A DNA stretch of 64,000 nucleotides, from the NCBI GenBank assembly GCA_951406725.2, contig OX597832.1, positions 20,584,001-20,648,000 on the forward strand. Reading direction: 5' to 3'. Source of the DNA: Octopus vulgaris (Eukaryota). The translations under genes and the position numbers were made by a program. A model generated the notes under the pieces. The model saw only the letters and a list, made by a program, of their open reading frames with translations. It searched no databases and was not told the DNA's origin. This document shows, one piece after another, positions 27,962 through 44,356 of the stretch. Every line of letters starts with the position of its first letter. Within the stretch, counting starts at the first letter, position 1.

Positions 27962-28041
<80 letters not shown>

Positions 28042-28415
28042 GAAGAAGAATAGATGAACGTAGAGATAATTATGCGGTGTATATGGTATGTAAATATGTA
28101 CATATATATGTGTATGTGTGTGTGTGTGTGTTTGTGTGTATGTGTGTGTGTGTATGTATGTGTATACATATATGTATGTACATCTATATATGTGTGTGTA
28201 TGTATCTATATGTATGTCTGTCTATATTGTGATGTATTAAATAAATGATGTGGTTTTAGAATCAGGTTTTGACTGCTATTTCAAGCATGGTGTCATCTCT
28301 TAGATACCCTTATTTATAATTTTAATAATTTTGCTAATAATTATAATCCACAAAGTCTTTTATTTTTCTATGCTAGAACTGAATTTCATCGTTATTTAAA
28401 CAACGATCTTATCCT

Positions 28416-28450
<35 letters not shown>

Positions 28451-28452
<2 letters not shown>

Positions 28453-29422
28453 CTAGCATTATGACCTGTCGTTGCCGGGTCATAGTGCTAGTGCATGTAT
28501 ATATGTGTATATATATGTGTACATATTACATGTACATCTATATATATACATCTATACATAAATTACAAAATACAAAGTTATATCTTGATATCGCTAGTGA
28601 TAACAATACTCAAAATATATAACAGACTGGAATTGTAGGCCCGTATCTTGCAATTGTATCTTATCCTCCCTCTTGTATAGAAGTGTGGCTACAATCCAGC
28701 CTACCTCTACTGTTAGGGGGGGGGCATTTTAAATTTTTATCCGGGACGCCCTACATCCCAGATATAAAGGTAAAAATAAAATATTTCCACTTTGCAAGTT
28801 CGAGTCGAGTACTCCCTTGCATACTCCGTTGACTCGAACCTTGCTTCTATTGTGGCGAATTTACCGCCTCTGGTTAGATATCTTTCATAGTCGCACCAAG
28901 ACACTTTCGATGGTGCTTTCCTCCAGGCGTTCAAATCTTTTTTCTCTACATTGTATACTTTTTAGACAATAGTCTTTTCTTTAATTTAATTTTTTATTAT
29001 CCATGCACGCTAATTTTATTTTTAATTTAACCCATTCATGTGAAACCACTTATTCAAGTTCAAGTCATTGATGCAATTTTGTACCAATTGCTATTTTAAC
29101 TTTTGTTATGTTACGGTTATATTATTCTTTAGTTTGATTTTAGTTATTACTTACTACATATAATTCAATTGTTATTATTATTTTTATTGTTAAAGTGAAA
29201 ATATCTGACATAAAATATTATTTTTTCACTTTTAACACATAATACGGAAATAGTGCAGAAGATATATTGCTATTGGCTCGCTCTAGGCAAGAAGTTGAAC
29301 ATTTTTTCCCCATGAAACTACATGGACCCTAAGTAAGGTATGTGTAAAATTTGAATGAAATTCGTTGTGTAGTTCTCCAGCTTTAGGGAAACACACAAAC
29401 ACATTCTCAGTTTTATATGTAG
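28451..29422 (+). mobile_element. Non-autonomous Helitron/HINE-like element
   Basis: 5' tACTAGCAttATGACCtg-tcgttgc-cGGGTCATagTGCTAGT hairpin; 3' tatgtgtaaaatttgaatgaaattcgttg...acacacaaacacattctcagttttatat; TA flanks. Confidence 0.6.
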
Positions 29423-29951
29423 ATATATATATATAACTTACTTGGAAGAGGATGCGTGGAGTTCATTAATATAATATATATAATATATATTTATGTTTAT
29501 ATACCTACGTATATGTACATAGCCACTTCTATACGTATATATATATGCATAAGTTGGCACAGGACGTCATGAAACGTTGTAGATGGAACAAGGAAGAACT
29601 GTTCTTGTTTGTCTCCTGTCCACGCTCGATTTACGCGTTCGCCACCACAACCTCATTTAGGCTTAGCAGCCCTTCCATTGTGTTTTCACTGTTCTGTTTG
29701 TGTTACCTATTTTGACGCTCCACAAAATCCCAAATTTTATTTAATTTGCTTTGCGGGAGCAACTGTTTTATAGAAAGCGTATATTGTTGTTAAATGCTCG
29801 AAATTCAAGAATAGAACATCCAACAACTGATGAAGGGTCGTCCTTTATGTTGTTTGCTTTGTTTTACATTCGTGTCTTTCGTTGTTCGAAAAACTAGTTC
29901 ATGTCTTTTTCATAAATCAATTTACACTTGTTTCATATATATATATGTATG

Positions 29952-30018
<67 letters not shown>

Positions 30019-30020
30019 AT

Positions 30021-30164
30021 AACCGGAGTAAGCACAGAAATGGGAAACAATGTGATAAGAAGAGTACTCAAATACCAGAGGTAGAGTAATATGCTTTATT
30101 TAAAAGCTGCAGAAATATATCAAAAGCTGTTAATCAGAGATTCACGTTCCCATTCACCAGACAG

Positions 30165-30166
<2 letters not shown>
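30021..30166 (-). mobile_element. Family HC copy with decayed hammerhead (30125-30166)
   Basis: Reverse-complement homolog of 5685-5836; aactgt CTGGTGA atg-ggaa-cgt GAAT ctctgat TA acagct; TA-rich on both sides. Confidence 0.75.
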
Positions 30167-30211
<45 letters not shown>

Positions 30212-30375
30212 AACACACATACATATGTATGTGTGTGTATCTATTTGGTAATGTCTACGCATTATATAGAAAGATAGACAGACAAATAGGCAAATAGATA
30301 GATAGATAGATAGACAGATAGATAGATTTCATACATAGATTTATACGTACATACATTTATATACATATACACACA

Positions 30376-30474
<99 letters not shown>

Positions 30475-30477
30475 ATT

Positions 30478-30514
<37 letters not shown>

Positions 30515-31049
30515 TGGAGAAATTTGAACATTGATATCCCGATCATCCAGATTGACACAAGTAATAATTTAGGTCATTTGAACTGGCAACTTGTAAATAA
30601 GAAACCAACCATCCATACCAAATAAAAGATATAAGAAACCAACAACAAACAAAAAAAAAAAACGTTAAGGAAATCTCCATCGCTGACAGATTTCACCTGG
30701 CGTATTGCCAAAGGAAGGCAAACGGCCAAGGTTCTGTCCCAGCGAGGACCATTTGACTTTTGTATGACATATAATTATTAATGTTTAAAAAGTATTATTT
30801 ATAACTTGAGACTCCTTATTTCCTTCCCATTGTAGTGGCCATTTTTGTGTGTATTTTCCGAATAAATAAGAATGAGGAATGAGGGATTGGCGGATTCCTT
30901 GTGATATATAATACATAAATGGGTGTATGCATATGAATATAAATATGACTGCATGTATATATACATACATATATATATGTATGTGCGTGTGTTTGTAATA
31001 TATATACATAAATATATATATAAGCATAATCACACACACATATGTGAGC

Positions 31050-31092
<43 letters not shown>

Positions 31093-31268
31093 TATATACA
31101 AATATATGTCTGTATGTATGTGTATATATATGCATATAAATGTGTTTATATATATATATATATACAAATATATGTGTGTGTATGTATGTGTATATATATG
31201 CATATAAATGTGTTTATATATATATATATATATATTTATTTACACATTTACATATATATATGTATACA

Positions 31269-31325
<57 letters not shown>

Positions 31326-31562
31326 GTGTATGCAGGAATTTGCCTTGGTGGGAAGTATCAATTTCATAGTAAATAAGCAACGGGCTTTTGTAAACAAGAC
31401 TCGACACAATGAAAACACTTTAACTTAATTGATTCTAGTTTGTTTGATACAGGAAAGGGAAACAATGAGGAGTAATTTCATATTATCAAGCTATATCATA
31501 ATACACGATCTCGTATATGGGTGGCATACATAAATACAGAACACTCTCCCCTATCTCTCTCT

Positions 31563-31630
<68 letters not shown>

Positions 31631-31705
31631 TGCTCTTTCTCTCAGTATGTATATATATCATATATTTACATTATATGTATGTATATGTATATGTATATGT
31701 AGTAA

Positions 31706-31796
<91 letters not shown>

Positions 31797-32559
31797 ATAT
31801 ATATATCGTATATCTGATAATGACTTGAACCAAGTGCTGAGGCCATGCTGGCCCAGCGCATTTCATTGTGTTTAGGTTTCCCTTTCGTAATGTTTTTAGT
31901 GAAATAACGAATTGGACGGCGCTTCTCTCCTTTATGCCTCTAGACGCGATGTGGGTTCACCTCTGAAAATATTAGCTATGATTCTGTAATTTAATCGACC
32001 CTTGAATCAGTAGCTATAAGAGCATCACAACAAAACACAGAACATACCCAAGGCACACAGAACTGTGAAGAAGAAGAAGAAGAAGAAGAAGAAGAAGAAG
32101 AAGAAGAAGAAGAAGAAGAAGAAGAAGAAGAAGAAGAAAGAGGAGGGGGAGGAGGAAGATGATAATGAGGATTTATTTGATTGGCCTCAAGGGCCCGAGC
32201 CATGAAGGATGATATCGAAGGACGAGTTGCAGCACAAAATAAAACAGTTTCAAAAAACATGTGAGGTTAACATCCATCAAGGGGAGATACTAAACATTAA
32301 AAGATAAAACAGAGGATATATAATAGAAAGTAGATAAATAAATAATTAAATAAATATAATCCGCAATGCTGGGGCTGTGTAATTTAGGTTAAACCCCACA
32401 CAAAAATCCTGGATTACTCAGCAATCTCCAAGGTAGGGGAAAGTGTCCTCTTCCAGTTTCTTTCCTCCTTAGAAAAGCATATTCAGAATAGATCGATTCA
32501 GTCTCATAAGACTTGACATTGTGGACCACCTTTGTTAAACACACTAGAGGGCAGCACCT

Positions 32560-32760
32560 CTTTCTCCACCCTCGCCTGAAATTTTGGAGGAGGGGAGAAA
32601 TCGATTACATTTGTCCCAGAATTCGATTGATACTTATGCCATCGACCCCGAAAGGATGAAATGCAAGTCAACCTTAGCGGAAATTGAACCCTGTACATAA
32701 AGACAGACGAAATACTGCTAAGCGTTTCTGCCAGTGTGCTAACGATTCTGCTGCTTGCCT
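32560..32760 (-). mobile_element. SINE family B copy
   Basis: atcgaccccgaaaggatgaaatgcaagtcaaccttagcggaaattgaac...gacgaaatactgctaagc...gctaacgattctgc. Confidence 0.8.
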
Positions 32761-32761
32761 T

Positions 32762-32847
<86 letters not shown>

Positions 32848-33418
32848 TAATAATAATAAGCGTGTCGCAATTTGTATATGAACTTACTCGAAGAATAATT
32901 TTCTATTATTGAATTAGTGTCCAATGATACGCAGTTTCTGTATATATGCGTATGAATAATTCGAACTTAGAATACGGTCCACACGAACTCGTCACACTCT
33001 TTTGCCATATTTATAAGAATTATGAAATAATATTTGTAAATCTCCTCTTCGACTGACCTACGGAGAAACAGCAGGTCGCACAATTACGAAGAAACAAGGA
33101 AATTTGTGCAAACAAATCACTTAAACTATTTGCCAATACTGACAATCTCATTAGAAAAGCGCTTAACGGAAACGTTTAACGTTCCAGCTACAAACGTCAT
33201 TCCCGCCGTTTTCCCATTAAACATGGTTGTTTGTTTAGGAGGCAAAAACCCTTCTCCATTAGCCATTTTCTGTTTCTCGGTCGTTGTCCGACGCTGCTTA
33301 ATTTTGAACAATTGCCAAGAATTGCTTGGACCTCCAATCGGGAATTCTACAACGCTTGAACTGAGCTAGCTGGACGAAAAATTAAGAATGGAGAAAAATT
33401 GTGGAATGTAATATATAA

Positions 33419-33482
<64 letters not shown>

Positions 33483-33833
33483 CATATATACACATACATA
33501 CATATATACATATTTGTGTATATGTGTGTGTGTACAAGCATGTGGCGATAAAGAAAGAAATATTGGTAAACAATGGGAATACTGTTTAAATTCTTCATTG
33601 GAAGTGTTGAAAATATCGGAAAAAAATGTTGGCATTTGGTAAATATTTGTGTATGTGTGCGAGTTCGTGTACGCATCTTTATATGTACAAACGTGGATAC
33701 ACGCATACATACGCACACCCGCACACACAATCAAGCACAGGTAGGTGTATTCATACTAATTGTACGCCAGGAGTGTATATGTCTATGTATATACACATAT
33801 ACATATATGTAAAAATATGTGTGCATGTGTGTG

Positions 33834-33873
<40 letters not shown>

Positions 33874-34299
33874 GGTATATGTACTTATATATGTGTGTGT
33901 GTCTATATGTATTTATACATATATAAATATATACATATATATATATTAAAAGTTATCGCCCTGAAATATTTCTACAGCAGTTTCCGTCTACCAAATTCAG
34001 TCAGAAATCTGTGGTTGTCTTTGGTTATATTAGAAAACATTTGCCCAAGGTAACATACAGAGGGACTGAACGTGGAATCATGTGGTTAGAAAGCAAACTT
34101 CTCGATCATATAGTCAATCTGTTGGTTAATTCACCTCTCTCTAAGTTAGAATGTTCACTAAAAGTACCAAACAGGAAAAGTATTAAGGTCGATTTGATCG
34201 ACTAAACTCTTCAAGGCCGAACCTAACCAATGCCACAGTACAATACGTGAAAAAAAAGTAAGACAATATATGAATACATATATCTAATGCTTAAGAAAG

Positions 34300-34908
34300 G
34301 TTAACATGCCGGGCGAAATGCTTAGCGGTAATTTGTCTGTCTTTACGTTCTGAGTTCAAATTCCGCCGAGGTCGACTTTGCTTCTCATCATTCCGAGGTC
34401 AATAAATTAAATGCCAGTTGCGTATTGGGGTCGATCTAATCGACTCGTCCCCTCCCTCAAAATTTTGGGCGTTATGCCTAGAGTAGAAAAAAAACGTTAG
34501 CACCCCAGGCGAAATGCTTAGCAGTATTTCGTCTGTTTTTTCATTCAGAGTTTAAATTCCGCCAAGATCGACTTTGCCTTTCATCCTTTCGAGGACGATA
34601 AATTTAGTATCAATGCGTACTGAGGTCGATCTAATCGACTGTTCCCTCCCCCGAAATTTCATGTCTTGGGCTTTGAGTAGAAAAGATTATATCGTATGTT
34701 TGCTATTTTCTCTCTGATAGTTCAAGCAATTAAAAAAAAGATCAGTCCTACAATATACCAAGATTCGTACAGCCGAGGTCGACTTTGCCTTTCATCCTTT
34801 CGGGGGGTTGATAAATTAAGTACCTGTTGTGTACTGGATTCTATTTAATCGACTGCCCCCCCCCACGCCTCTCCCAAAATTTCGGGCCATATGCCAAGAG
34901 TAGAAAAA
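34300..34908 (+). mobile_element. Three SINE family B units (tail type 2)
   Basis: Repeated gccgaggtcgactttgcctttcatcc...aaaatttcgggcc...agagtagaaaa at about 34300, 34495 and 34771. Confidence 0.85.
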
Positions 34909-35656
34909 AATATACAAAGATTCGAAATTTTTCGTAACACATATTCAAGAATTTACTTTTCGAAGAACGATATCATGTCTTCATTACAATGCAAAGTAGA
35001 CATTTTACTTCAAGCTGAGTTGTCAATTGGCCCGCGGTTGACATTCCTATGGAAATGGCCGTTGTGTATCATAGATAGCTACATCAATGAATATATTGGT
35101 TTTATAAAACCTGGTTTTAATTATTAACATATCAAGTACATGGTTTTTTCTTTTTGATTCAAGATATATTCCTGTCATTTCTTACACTGAATATCTGAGA
35201 CCTTATAGATTATATTTTTGTATTGTTTCATAATATTTTACGTCTACCATACGAGAAGCAGTGCTTTGTGCTTCGTTTCACTGCTATCTATAAGTTACAT
35301 GCATTATGTAATTTTCTATGCTGCCATTGTATGGTTATTACAAAGCGACCATTAAAAATGCATCGTTTTCTTTCAGCTATACTTTAAACTAACAGTCAAT
35401 ATTTACGAATCAAATATTTTTTTGTTATCAAAAGAAAACTTTTATTCATAATATTTATTTGTTAGATATGTTTTATTTTATATCATCGTATTTATTGATT
35501 TGACTAGAGAAAAATGTTACATAGTGTTACATCACAGATGTCGCTCTTTTCATTTATTTAATGTCTAGCCAAAGGATCTTGACATTTTTTTATTGTAATA
35601 TAGAGGCATTTGCAATCAGCTACGTACAACAGCTTTTAAAATAAAGTGGGTCTGTG

Positions 35657-35737
<81 letters not shown>

Positions 35738-35748
35738 TATATATATAC

Positions 35749-35804
<56 letters not shown>

Positions 35805-35805
<1 letters not shown>

Positions 35806-36216
35806 CTCTTTTACACTTTTACTTGTTTCAGTCATTTGACTGCGGTCATGCTAGAGCACCGCCTTTAGTCGAGCAAATCGATCCCAGGACGTATTCTTTG
35901 TAAGCCTAGTACTTATTCTATATATCCCTTTTGCCGAACAGCTAAGTTACGGGGACGTAAGCACACCAGCATCGGTTGTCAAGCGATGTTGTGGGACAAA
36001 CACACACACACACAAACACGCACACACATATATATATACATATACATATATACGACGGGTTTCTTTCAGTTTCAGTCTACCAAATCCACTCTGTGAGGCT
36101 TTGGTCGGCCCGAGGCTACAGTAGAAGACACTTGCCCAAGGTTCTATACAGTGGGACTGAACCAGGAACCATGTGGTTGGTAAGCAAGCTAATTACCACA
36201 CAGCCACTCCTGCGCC
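35805..36216 (-). mobile_element. SINE family A, full length
   Basis: Reverse complement of 47113-47514, including the internal (TA)/(CA) spacer and an (AAAAG)-type tail. Confidence 0.9.
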
Positions 36217-36839
36217 TAGCTACTTACCACACAGTTGCACATCAAAATGAGCGATTTTGAATTGATTGCTTGTATTCGATACACAATGGCAGTCTTACAC
36301 GTATTCAAGAATTTCTTTGCTCAGCGACCGATTAAAAAAGTACTGGGATCGATTCATTCGACTAAAATTTCATCAAGGCGGTGCCCCAGCATGGCCGCAG
36401 GCAAATGACTGAAACAAGTAAAGAATAACCGATAAAGCATTTTGACGAAAATTTGAATTTTCGGAACTGACAGTTATGTTATGTCTTTCTCAGACAGAAA
36501 TGCATTCTTTGAAATGACCTAACGTTATTTACATATGATAACCTTGAAGGATTTCGGAGACGGTTTTAAGTATTCTATGAAAGAAAACAAGTTATGTATT
36601 TCACAAATTTTTGAATAACCAAGTAAATATTTATGATTTTTATATTAGCTGAAAAAGATGTTTCGTTATATTAATGATAATGGAATGAGTGATGTGAAAT
36701 AAGAACAAGGAAAAAATAAGAAAAATATATATAGATATTCATAAAACGTTCATTTTTATCTGAATTAGCCGTATTAATAATAATAATGATTGTAATGAAA
36801 TAATACAATATCCAGAAAGACAACTTGGATATAAAAGCA

Positions 36840-36949
<110 letters not shown>

Positions 36950-37288
36950 TGATGATGATAATAATATTGTCCTCTCTGACACCAGAAAAAACCACAAGGA
37001 AAGAGAGAAGTGAGATAATAAGGGAATGAAAGTGTTATAAGGGGAGGACAAGAATATTTTCATCCTGAAGTTTGATGACGATGTTGATGATGATGATGAT
37101 GATGATGACGACGACGATAACGACGACAATGATGCTGATGATGATGATGCAATCGTTTATGGGTGTATTTGTGTGTGTGTGTTGCATATCTTGCTTTTTG
37201 TTTTTTTTTAATTAAATATTTGATGCATAATTTTTATCTGTCTATTCTTTACGTACACATATATGTACATGTGTATATATATGTGTGC

Positions 37289-37340
<52 letters not shown>

Positions 37341-37657
37341 AAATTTATATATATGAGGAAAGATATCTGTATGTCTGTGTGTATGCATATACTTGTATAT
37401 ATACATATATATATACACGTGTGTGCATATGCTTATACACATATGTATATTAGCCATAAAAATAAGACACCAAAGGAGGGACGGCTTCATCACATACACA
37501 GAGGCATATGTATGTGTATGTTCTTTACTAACTGTTGTCATTTTATATACACATATATATCTGTATGTATATATGCATACACACACACACATATATATTT
37601 ATATATGACTGTTAGTATGTTTGTTTGTGTGTGCGTATACATATGCCTATGTGTGTG

Positions 37658-37825
<168 letters not shown>

Positions 37826-37878
37826 TATTTATATATGACTGTTAGTATGTTAGTTTGTGTGTGCATATACATATGCAC

Positions 37879-37932
<54 letters not shown>

Positions 37933-39195
37933 ACATATATATGTATGTATATATATATATGTATGTATGTATGTATATATATAGCTTTACTGTTTTATTG
38001 TCTTTATTCTTCATCAATATTTTTGCGGTGATGTTTCTATATTTCGCAGTGTTCATTATGTTTGCGATGTATCAACGGTTGATAGTTTGACTGACGCCAT
38101 GCGATTGAAGAGTCAATGAATGGGTTACAACCGCCATCACCGCATGGACAATATTTGCCATAATGGCATCAATTCTCAGTAGACCCGTCTAGAATTTCGT
38201 GTATCACGCTTGAAAGATAAAGCCGCCTTTTCAGTGAGCAAAAGAAGAGGGGGGTGTTATGCACCCAAGAGAGAAAAACTGAAGTGTTTTTATTTATATA
38301 GCGTTTAATTACTGTCTTAGCTGAGCGGTTTGTAGAAGGGCGTGGAGAGACAGTAAATGAGAGTCTGTATATACATTGTGGATGATTGGCTTACCGTCTC
38401 GGTGGAGAAAGAAGGGCCGGGAGAGGAGGCGAAAGAATTGGAGGAAGTGAATGAGGAGAAGGAAGAAGAGAAAGAGGAGGAAGTGGGAGGTGGAGAAGGA
38501 GAAGGATGAGAAGTAGGAATGGCAGGAGGAGTTTGGAAAGAAAGGGGTCTGCAGCATGTAGAAAATTTCGGACGAGGATGAAGAACTAAGGGAATTCACC
38601 AGATATAGATAATGAGAGAGAGATAGAGATAGAGAGACAGAAAAGAAAGAAAGGTAATAGGAGAGAGGGAGAGCGATAAGGGGGAGAGAGAGGGAGTGGT
38701 TCTAGCAAGTAATAGGGGGTTAAAAGGGAAAGAGATGGTGACCACTAGAAGAGTCAAATTATATCAGAGGTTTGTTTGCGATAACTTTAGACCAAATTCA
38801 AGTCGATAATTCTAGAGACATGGAAACAAGATTGGCTAGACGGGGATAAGAATGAAAGGGAAGAAGAAAAGGGAGAAAAATAGGGGAAAGATAAGGACAG
38901 ACGGGATCGTGTGACGTGGCTAGAGTAAGGAAGATAAATAAAGAGAGAGAGAGAGAGAGATAGCATCACAGATGAGATGTTCCAATCCAAACATAAGAGG
39001 AGAGAATGAGCATACAGTTAAATTGGGAGTCGAATGAGAAAATCGGATATGAAAGACAGATGCAGGGATCTGAGAAGTAAAGTTATTCAACACATAAGCA
39101 CGCTAAAGCACGCATAGATACGTATGTAGCAATAGACTAGTTCCAGCTAAGGCATGCGACCATGGTGGGTATTCGTCGTTCTGAATATATCTATA

Positions 39196-39313
<118 letters not shown>

Positions 39314-39343
39314 ACATTTTTTTGCCACCCTATATTGATTAAT

Positions 39344-39383
<40 letters not shown>

Positions 39384-39461
39384 AAGAGATGTATGTATGT
39401 ATATATATGTATATATGTATATATATATGTATATATATATATGTATGTAAATATATATATT

Positions 39462-39510
<49 letters not shown>

Positions 39511-39634
39511 GTATATATATATTGAGATATATAAATATATATATCAATATATACATATATATCAATATATATATACATATACATAAATATATTTACATAC
39601 ATATATATAGCAATAAATAAATAGATAGACATAC

Positions 39635-39689
<55 letters not shown>

Positions 39690-40277
39690 CAGAGAGACAG
39701 ACAGACAGATAGATATGCATATACGTATACTTGTCTGTCATGCGTAATGTAAGTCACAAATACACACGCACACACATAAGCACACATACACACACATACA
39801 TATGTCCAATATACGTATTCACATATATGTATGTGTAGGTACACGCATACACCCAACGCACACGCGTTCAAATGCTAATGGGTATATGTGTGAGTATTTC
39901 ATGCTTGATTGGCTGTTGTGAATACCATGGTTTAATGAGGGGGAGACGGGTCCGACAGAGAAATTTATGGAGACATGCGCTTATAGATGTACGTAAGAAT
40001 ACATGTATGTGTGTGTGTGTGCGTGTGCGTGTGTGTAAATACGTATATATATGCATGTTTATATTTATACATACACACATTGAGAGAGAGAGAGAGTGAG
40101 TGAGAGAAGCAGACAGGCAGACAGGCAGACTGAGAGACAAACAGACAGACAAGCAAACAGACAAGCAGATGGACAGAGAGAGAGAGAGAGAGAGAGAAAG
40201 AGAGGCAGAGAGAGAGAGACACATATGTGTATATGTATATATAGAGAGGTATATGAATGCATGTATGTAACATGAGG

Positions 40278-40312
<35 letters not shown>

Positions 40313-40398
40313 GGAGTAAGACAGACAGATGGATGTATAGATAGAATATATAGAGAGAGGGAGAGGGAGAGATAGTTAGACAGACAGACAGATGGATG

Positions 40399-40439
<41 letters not shown>

Positions 40440-40497
40440 GGAGAGATAGTTAGACATACAGAGAGATATATGGATTTATAGATAGATAGATAGATAA

Positions 40498-40533
<36 letters not shown>

Positions 40534-41360
40534 ATAGTTAGACAGACAGACATACAGACGGATGGACTTATAGATATATAGATAGATAGAGAGAGAGGGA
40601 GAGAGAGAGAGAGAGTTAGACAGACAGACAGATGGATGAACTTATAGATAGATAGAGAGAGAGAGAGATAGATAGATAGATAGATAGAAAAAAGAGGGTT
40701 ATACTGAAAAAGAAGGCGTGAGAGAGTAGAAACAGAGCGTTATGTATAAAAGAGACGGCACGAAGCATTGCTTTCATGCTTATATGGACACATTCAATCT
40801 TGCAGTTTATTATATACTGTTACATTTATTTGATCAGTTGTTAAAGCGACAGGCAAACAGACGACAGACGAAAGACAGAGAAAGGGAGAGAAAGAAAGAG
40901 CGCGGGAAGAGAGAGAGAGAGAGAGAAAGTGATGTATGCAGGCAGGCACCGGAGACATCATGGAAATTGATCCCCCACTTGTCACTAAAGATCATCTGGT
41001 CTGTTGCTCTTACCATAATTTACTAAAGCTTTCGTTCTTGCGAGGACTGTGACAGGCACCACACATATTTAGACATGAATTTATATAACGCACGTATGTG
41101 TATACGTAAATTCAGTACATCGTAGGTGTGAGTTAGACATGTCCACGTATGCTAACGTATTTTTGTCTGCTGCCATTAACACTCGACGAACTTATCCAAA
41201 AGTTCTCTTCGTTTTCCAACGAAGGTTCGTATAGACACTTGCGTAATTCGCAATATATATATTCGTGCATGTATGTATTCATGCATGTATGTATGTATGT
41301 ATGTATGTATGTATGTATGTATGTATGTATGTATATATTCATATATACGCATGTGTGCAT

Positions 41361-41442
<82 letters not shown>

Positions 41443-41456
41443 GTTCATACGTATAT

Positions 41457-41662
41457 AAAAAATTTTTTTCGTAATGAGATAGAAAAAAAACAAGAGTGTG
41501 TAGATATTAGAACATTTATAGATAGAAGGTCTTACAGCTGTTTCCAGGATATTTATTATATCCCTTCTTCGGAGACGGTGTGAGAGGATGGTTAAGTAAT
41601 AGTTAATTTAGATAAGATACAAAATAAAGAGTGAGGTGGAGGAGAGAAAATAGATGTGAGAG
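41457..41662 (-). mobile_element. Family HB copy with hammerhead motif at 41529-41576
   Basis: Highly similar to 6796-6992; minus strand gtct CCGAAGA a gggatat-aataa-atatcct g GAAAC agct GTA agac; between (TA)n tracts. Confidence 0.8.
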
Positions 41663-41732
<70 letters not shown>

Positions 41733-42053
41733 TATGTAAGTATATATATGAATCCGTACATTTTTTTCTATTCGTTTCAGACAAGTGACTGCGGTCGTGC
41801 TGGAGTACCACCATGACTTTCCCTCCTTATGCTGTGCTCTTTGCACGTTCCTTGCATGGCTCTTCTTCGCCAACTGATGTAGTCAAATCAAGACTTTCGA
41901 TGGCACATTTGGTGTATAAGATAATTTGACATCGCTGGAATCGTGGATTGGAAAGTGTCGAATTTTGCTTTCAAGACCTTTACATCCATGCAGGTTTTTC
42001 AAATATTTTGGCGGGGCATTAAGAGCTGAGATCCTCGGCTCTAAAATATGTAT

Positions 42054-42143
<90 letters not shown>

Positions 42144-42147
42144 GTAT

Positions 42148-42183
<36 letters not shown>

Positions 42184-42187
42184 GTAT

Positions 42188-42238
<51 letters not shown>

Positions 42239-42254
42239 TGTATGAATGTGTATG

Positions 42255-42465
42255 TTAGTGTGTCTGTGTTGTCCCCCCACATTCGCTTGACAACAAATGC
42301 TGATGTGTTGGCGTCCCCGTAACTATACGGTTCAGCAAAGAAGACCGATGAGAGTAAGTACTGGGCTTAGAAAGAATAAGTCCTGCGGGTCAATTTGTTC
42401 GACTAAAGGCGGTGCTCCAGCATGGGCGCAGTCAAATGATTGAAGCAAGTAAACGAATAAGAAAA

Positions 42466-42466
<1 letters not shown>
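42255..42466 (+). mobile_element. SINE family A 3' half
   Basis: cgcttgacaac...gtccccgtaact...ctaaaggcggtgctccagcatgg...aagtaaa. Confidence 0.85.
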
Positions 42467-42515
<49 letters not shown>

Positions 42516-42576
42516 GTATATGTATATATATACTTATATAACATATATATATATATCTTCATATATATATATGTAA

Positions 42577-42609
<33 letters not shown>

Positions 42610-43414
42610 GTGTGTGTATGCATGTATGTATGTATGTATTAATATATGAATATATAAAAGATATGAAGGAATATGTACGTGGATATGTGTGGTAGTATTG
42701 GATTGTTTGCTTGTGTGTGTGTGTGTGTGTGTGTGTGTGAGAGTGTGTGCGTTTGTATTTGTGTGCATCTGACTAAAACAGCTGTCTCTGCATGTTTGCT
42801 TATAAATGTAAATGGGGTGAGCGAAGTGAATGTACACAGACAAAGCTATTAGTACGATTGTCACAAAATGTGTATTCGCGTTTTTAAATATTATGTTAAT
42901 ATCAATTATGGAGTGGAGAGTAAATATATAGTCTTTCTTTTCTTCTGGCTATAGATAGGTCTTGGGAATTGGCGAGACATTATTTATGCTTCGGAAATTA
43001 TGAAACCTGCAAAAATAAAAATAAATGAATAAATAGATAAAAAAGAAATCCAGATATCGCAAAGAATTGTCCAAGCTCCGTAGACTAAAGACAAACAGAG
43101 ACCGAGTTAATAGTGTGCGCTTGAGCTGGAACAAAGTCACATGATTTTATGAGCAGACAGGGACTTGTCCCGATTCAATGTGTCCCAATAAGTGTCTGGT
43201 ATTTTATTTTATCGATTGTATTATATAGATCGCTAAAAATACTTAGACCATTATAGGAATTGAACTCAAGAATGTAGGGTTCATAACTGACATCGAAATG
43301 CCTGCTTTACCATCCATAGTCTTAAATCACTTGAATGATTATATATTGTAGTTGTGGCTGTATATAAATATGTGTGTGTGTCAGTGTGTGTCTATATACA
43401 TGATACATTCCTTT

Positions 43415-43975
43415 CATCTTTTACTTGTTTCAGTCATTTGACTGCAGCCACGTTGCAGAACAAACTGAAATAGAACCCAGAACTTATACTCTGTAACCTA
43501 AGGACTTATTATACCGGTCTCTTAGGCCGAAGCGCTGGATTACGGGGGCATAAACACAACAGCATTGGTTCTCAAACAATGGCAAGGCGGGTGCAAACAC
43601 AGACGCACACACATGAGAGTGAGTTATCACGCCTGTCCATGGCTCTATGGTGTTTTTACACCGGCGGCATGAGAGTTATATATTCTGGTACGCCATTGCA
43701 GCTACCGGAAAATACACAAAGAATATACATTAGTATATGTATTTAACAATATTCATCATACTAGGCTTGCTGTTACTTCATATATATATATATATATTTA
43801 TATTTATACATATAGCGAGCTTCTTTCAGTTTCCATCTACCAAATCCGCTCACAAGGATTTGGTCTGCTTGATGCTATAGTAGAAGACACTTGCCCAGGC
43901 TGACACACAGTCGGACTGAATCCTTAACTCTGTGGTTAAGATGCAAGCTTCTTACCACACAGCCACGCCTGCGCC
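43415..43975 (-). mobile_element. SINE family A interrupted by an about 200-bp insert
   Basis: 3' half at 43415-43600 and 5' half at 43812-43975 (ends cttaccacacagccacgcctgcgcc). Confidence 0.75.
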
Positions 43976-44053
43976 ATATATATGTGTATGTGTTTTTGTG
44001 TTTGTGTGTGAGTGAATACGTCTGCGGGCGTGTGTATGTATACCTGTATATAG

Positions 44054-44107
<54 letters not shown>

Positions 44108-44320
44108 GCATACATTCTGTATAGCGAGCTAGATGCAAAAACGAAATATATATTTTAGCATTTTCTTAAAGTGACTTGGTTCATTAAACCTCCATCTGAG
44201 ATGTTTACTTATTTCTCTCTCTCGCTATGTATCTATCTATCTATCACTATCTCTTCCAAACTCTAATCGTATGTTCTCTATATACATATATATGCATGTA
44301 TGTGTGTATGAATATACAAG

Positions 44321-44356
<36 letters not shown>

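Noticed and set aside
29790-29850. GAAAttcaagaaTA...CTGATGA possible type-II hammerhead in a TA-flanked element
   Set aside because: Stem I cannot form and stem II would rely on wobble pairs.
41883-42045. [15 protein letters not shown], faintly like a Helitron Rep N-terminal region
   Set aside because: Too short and too diverged to call.
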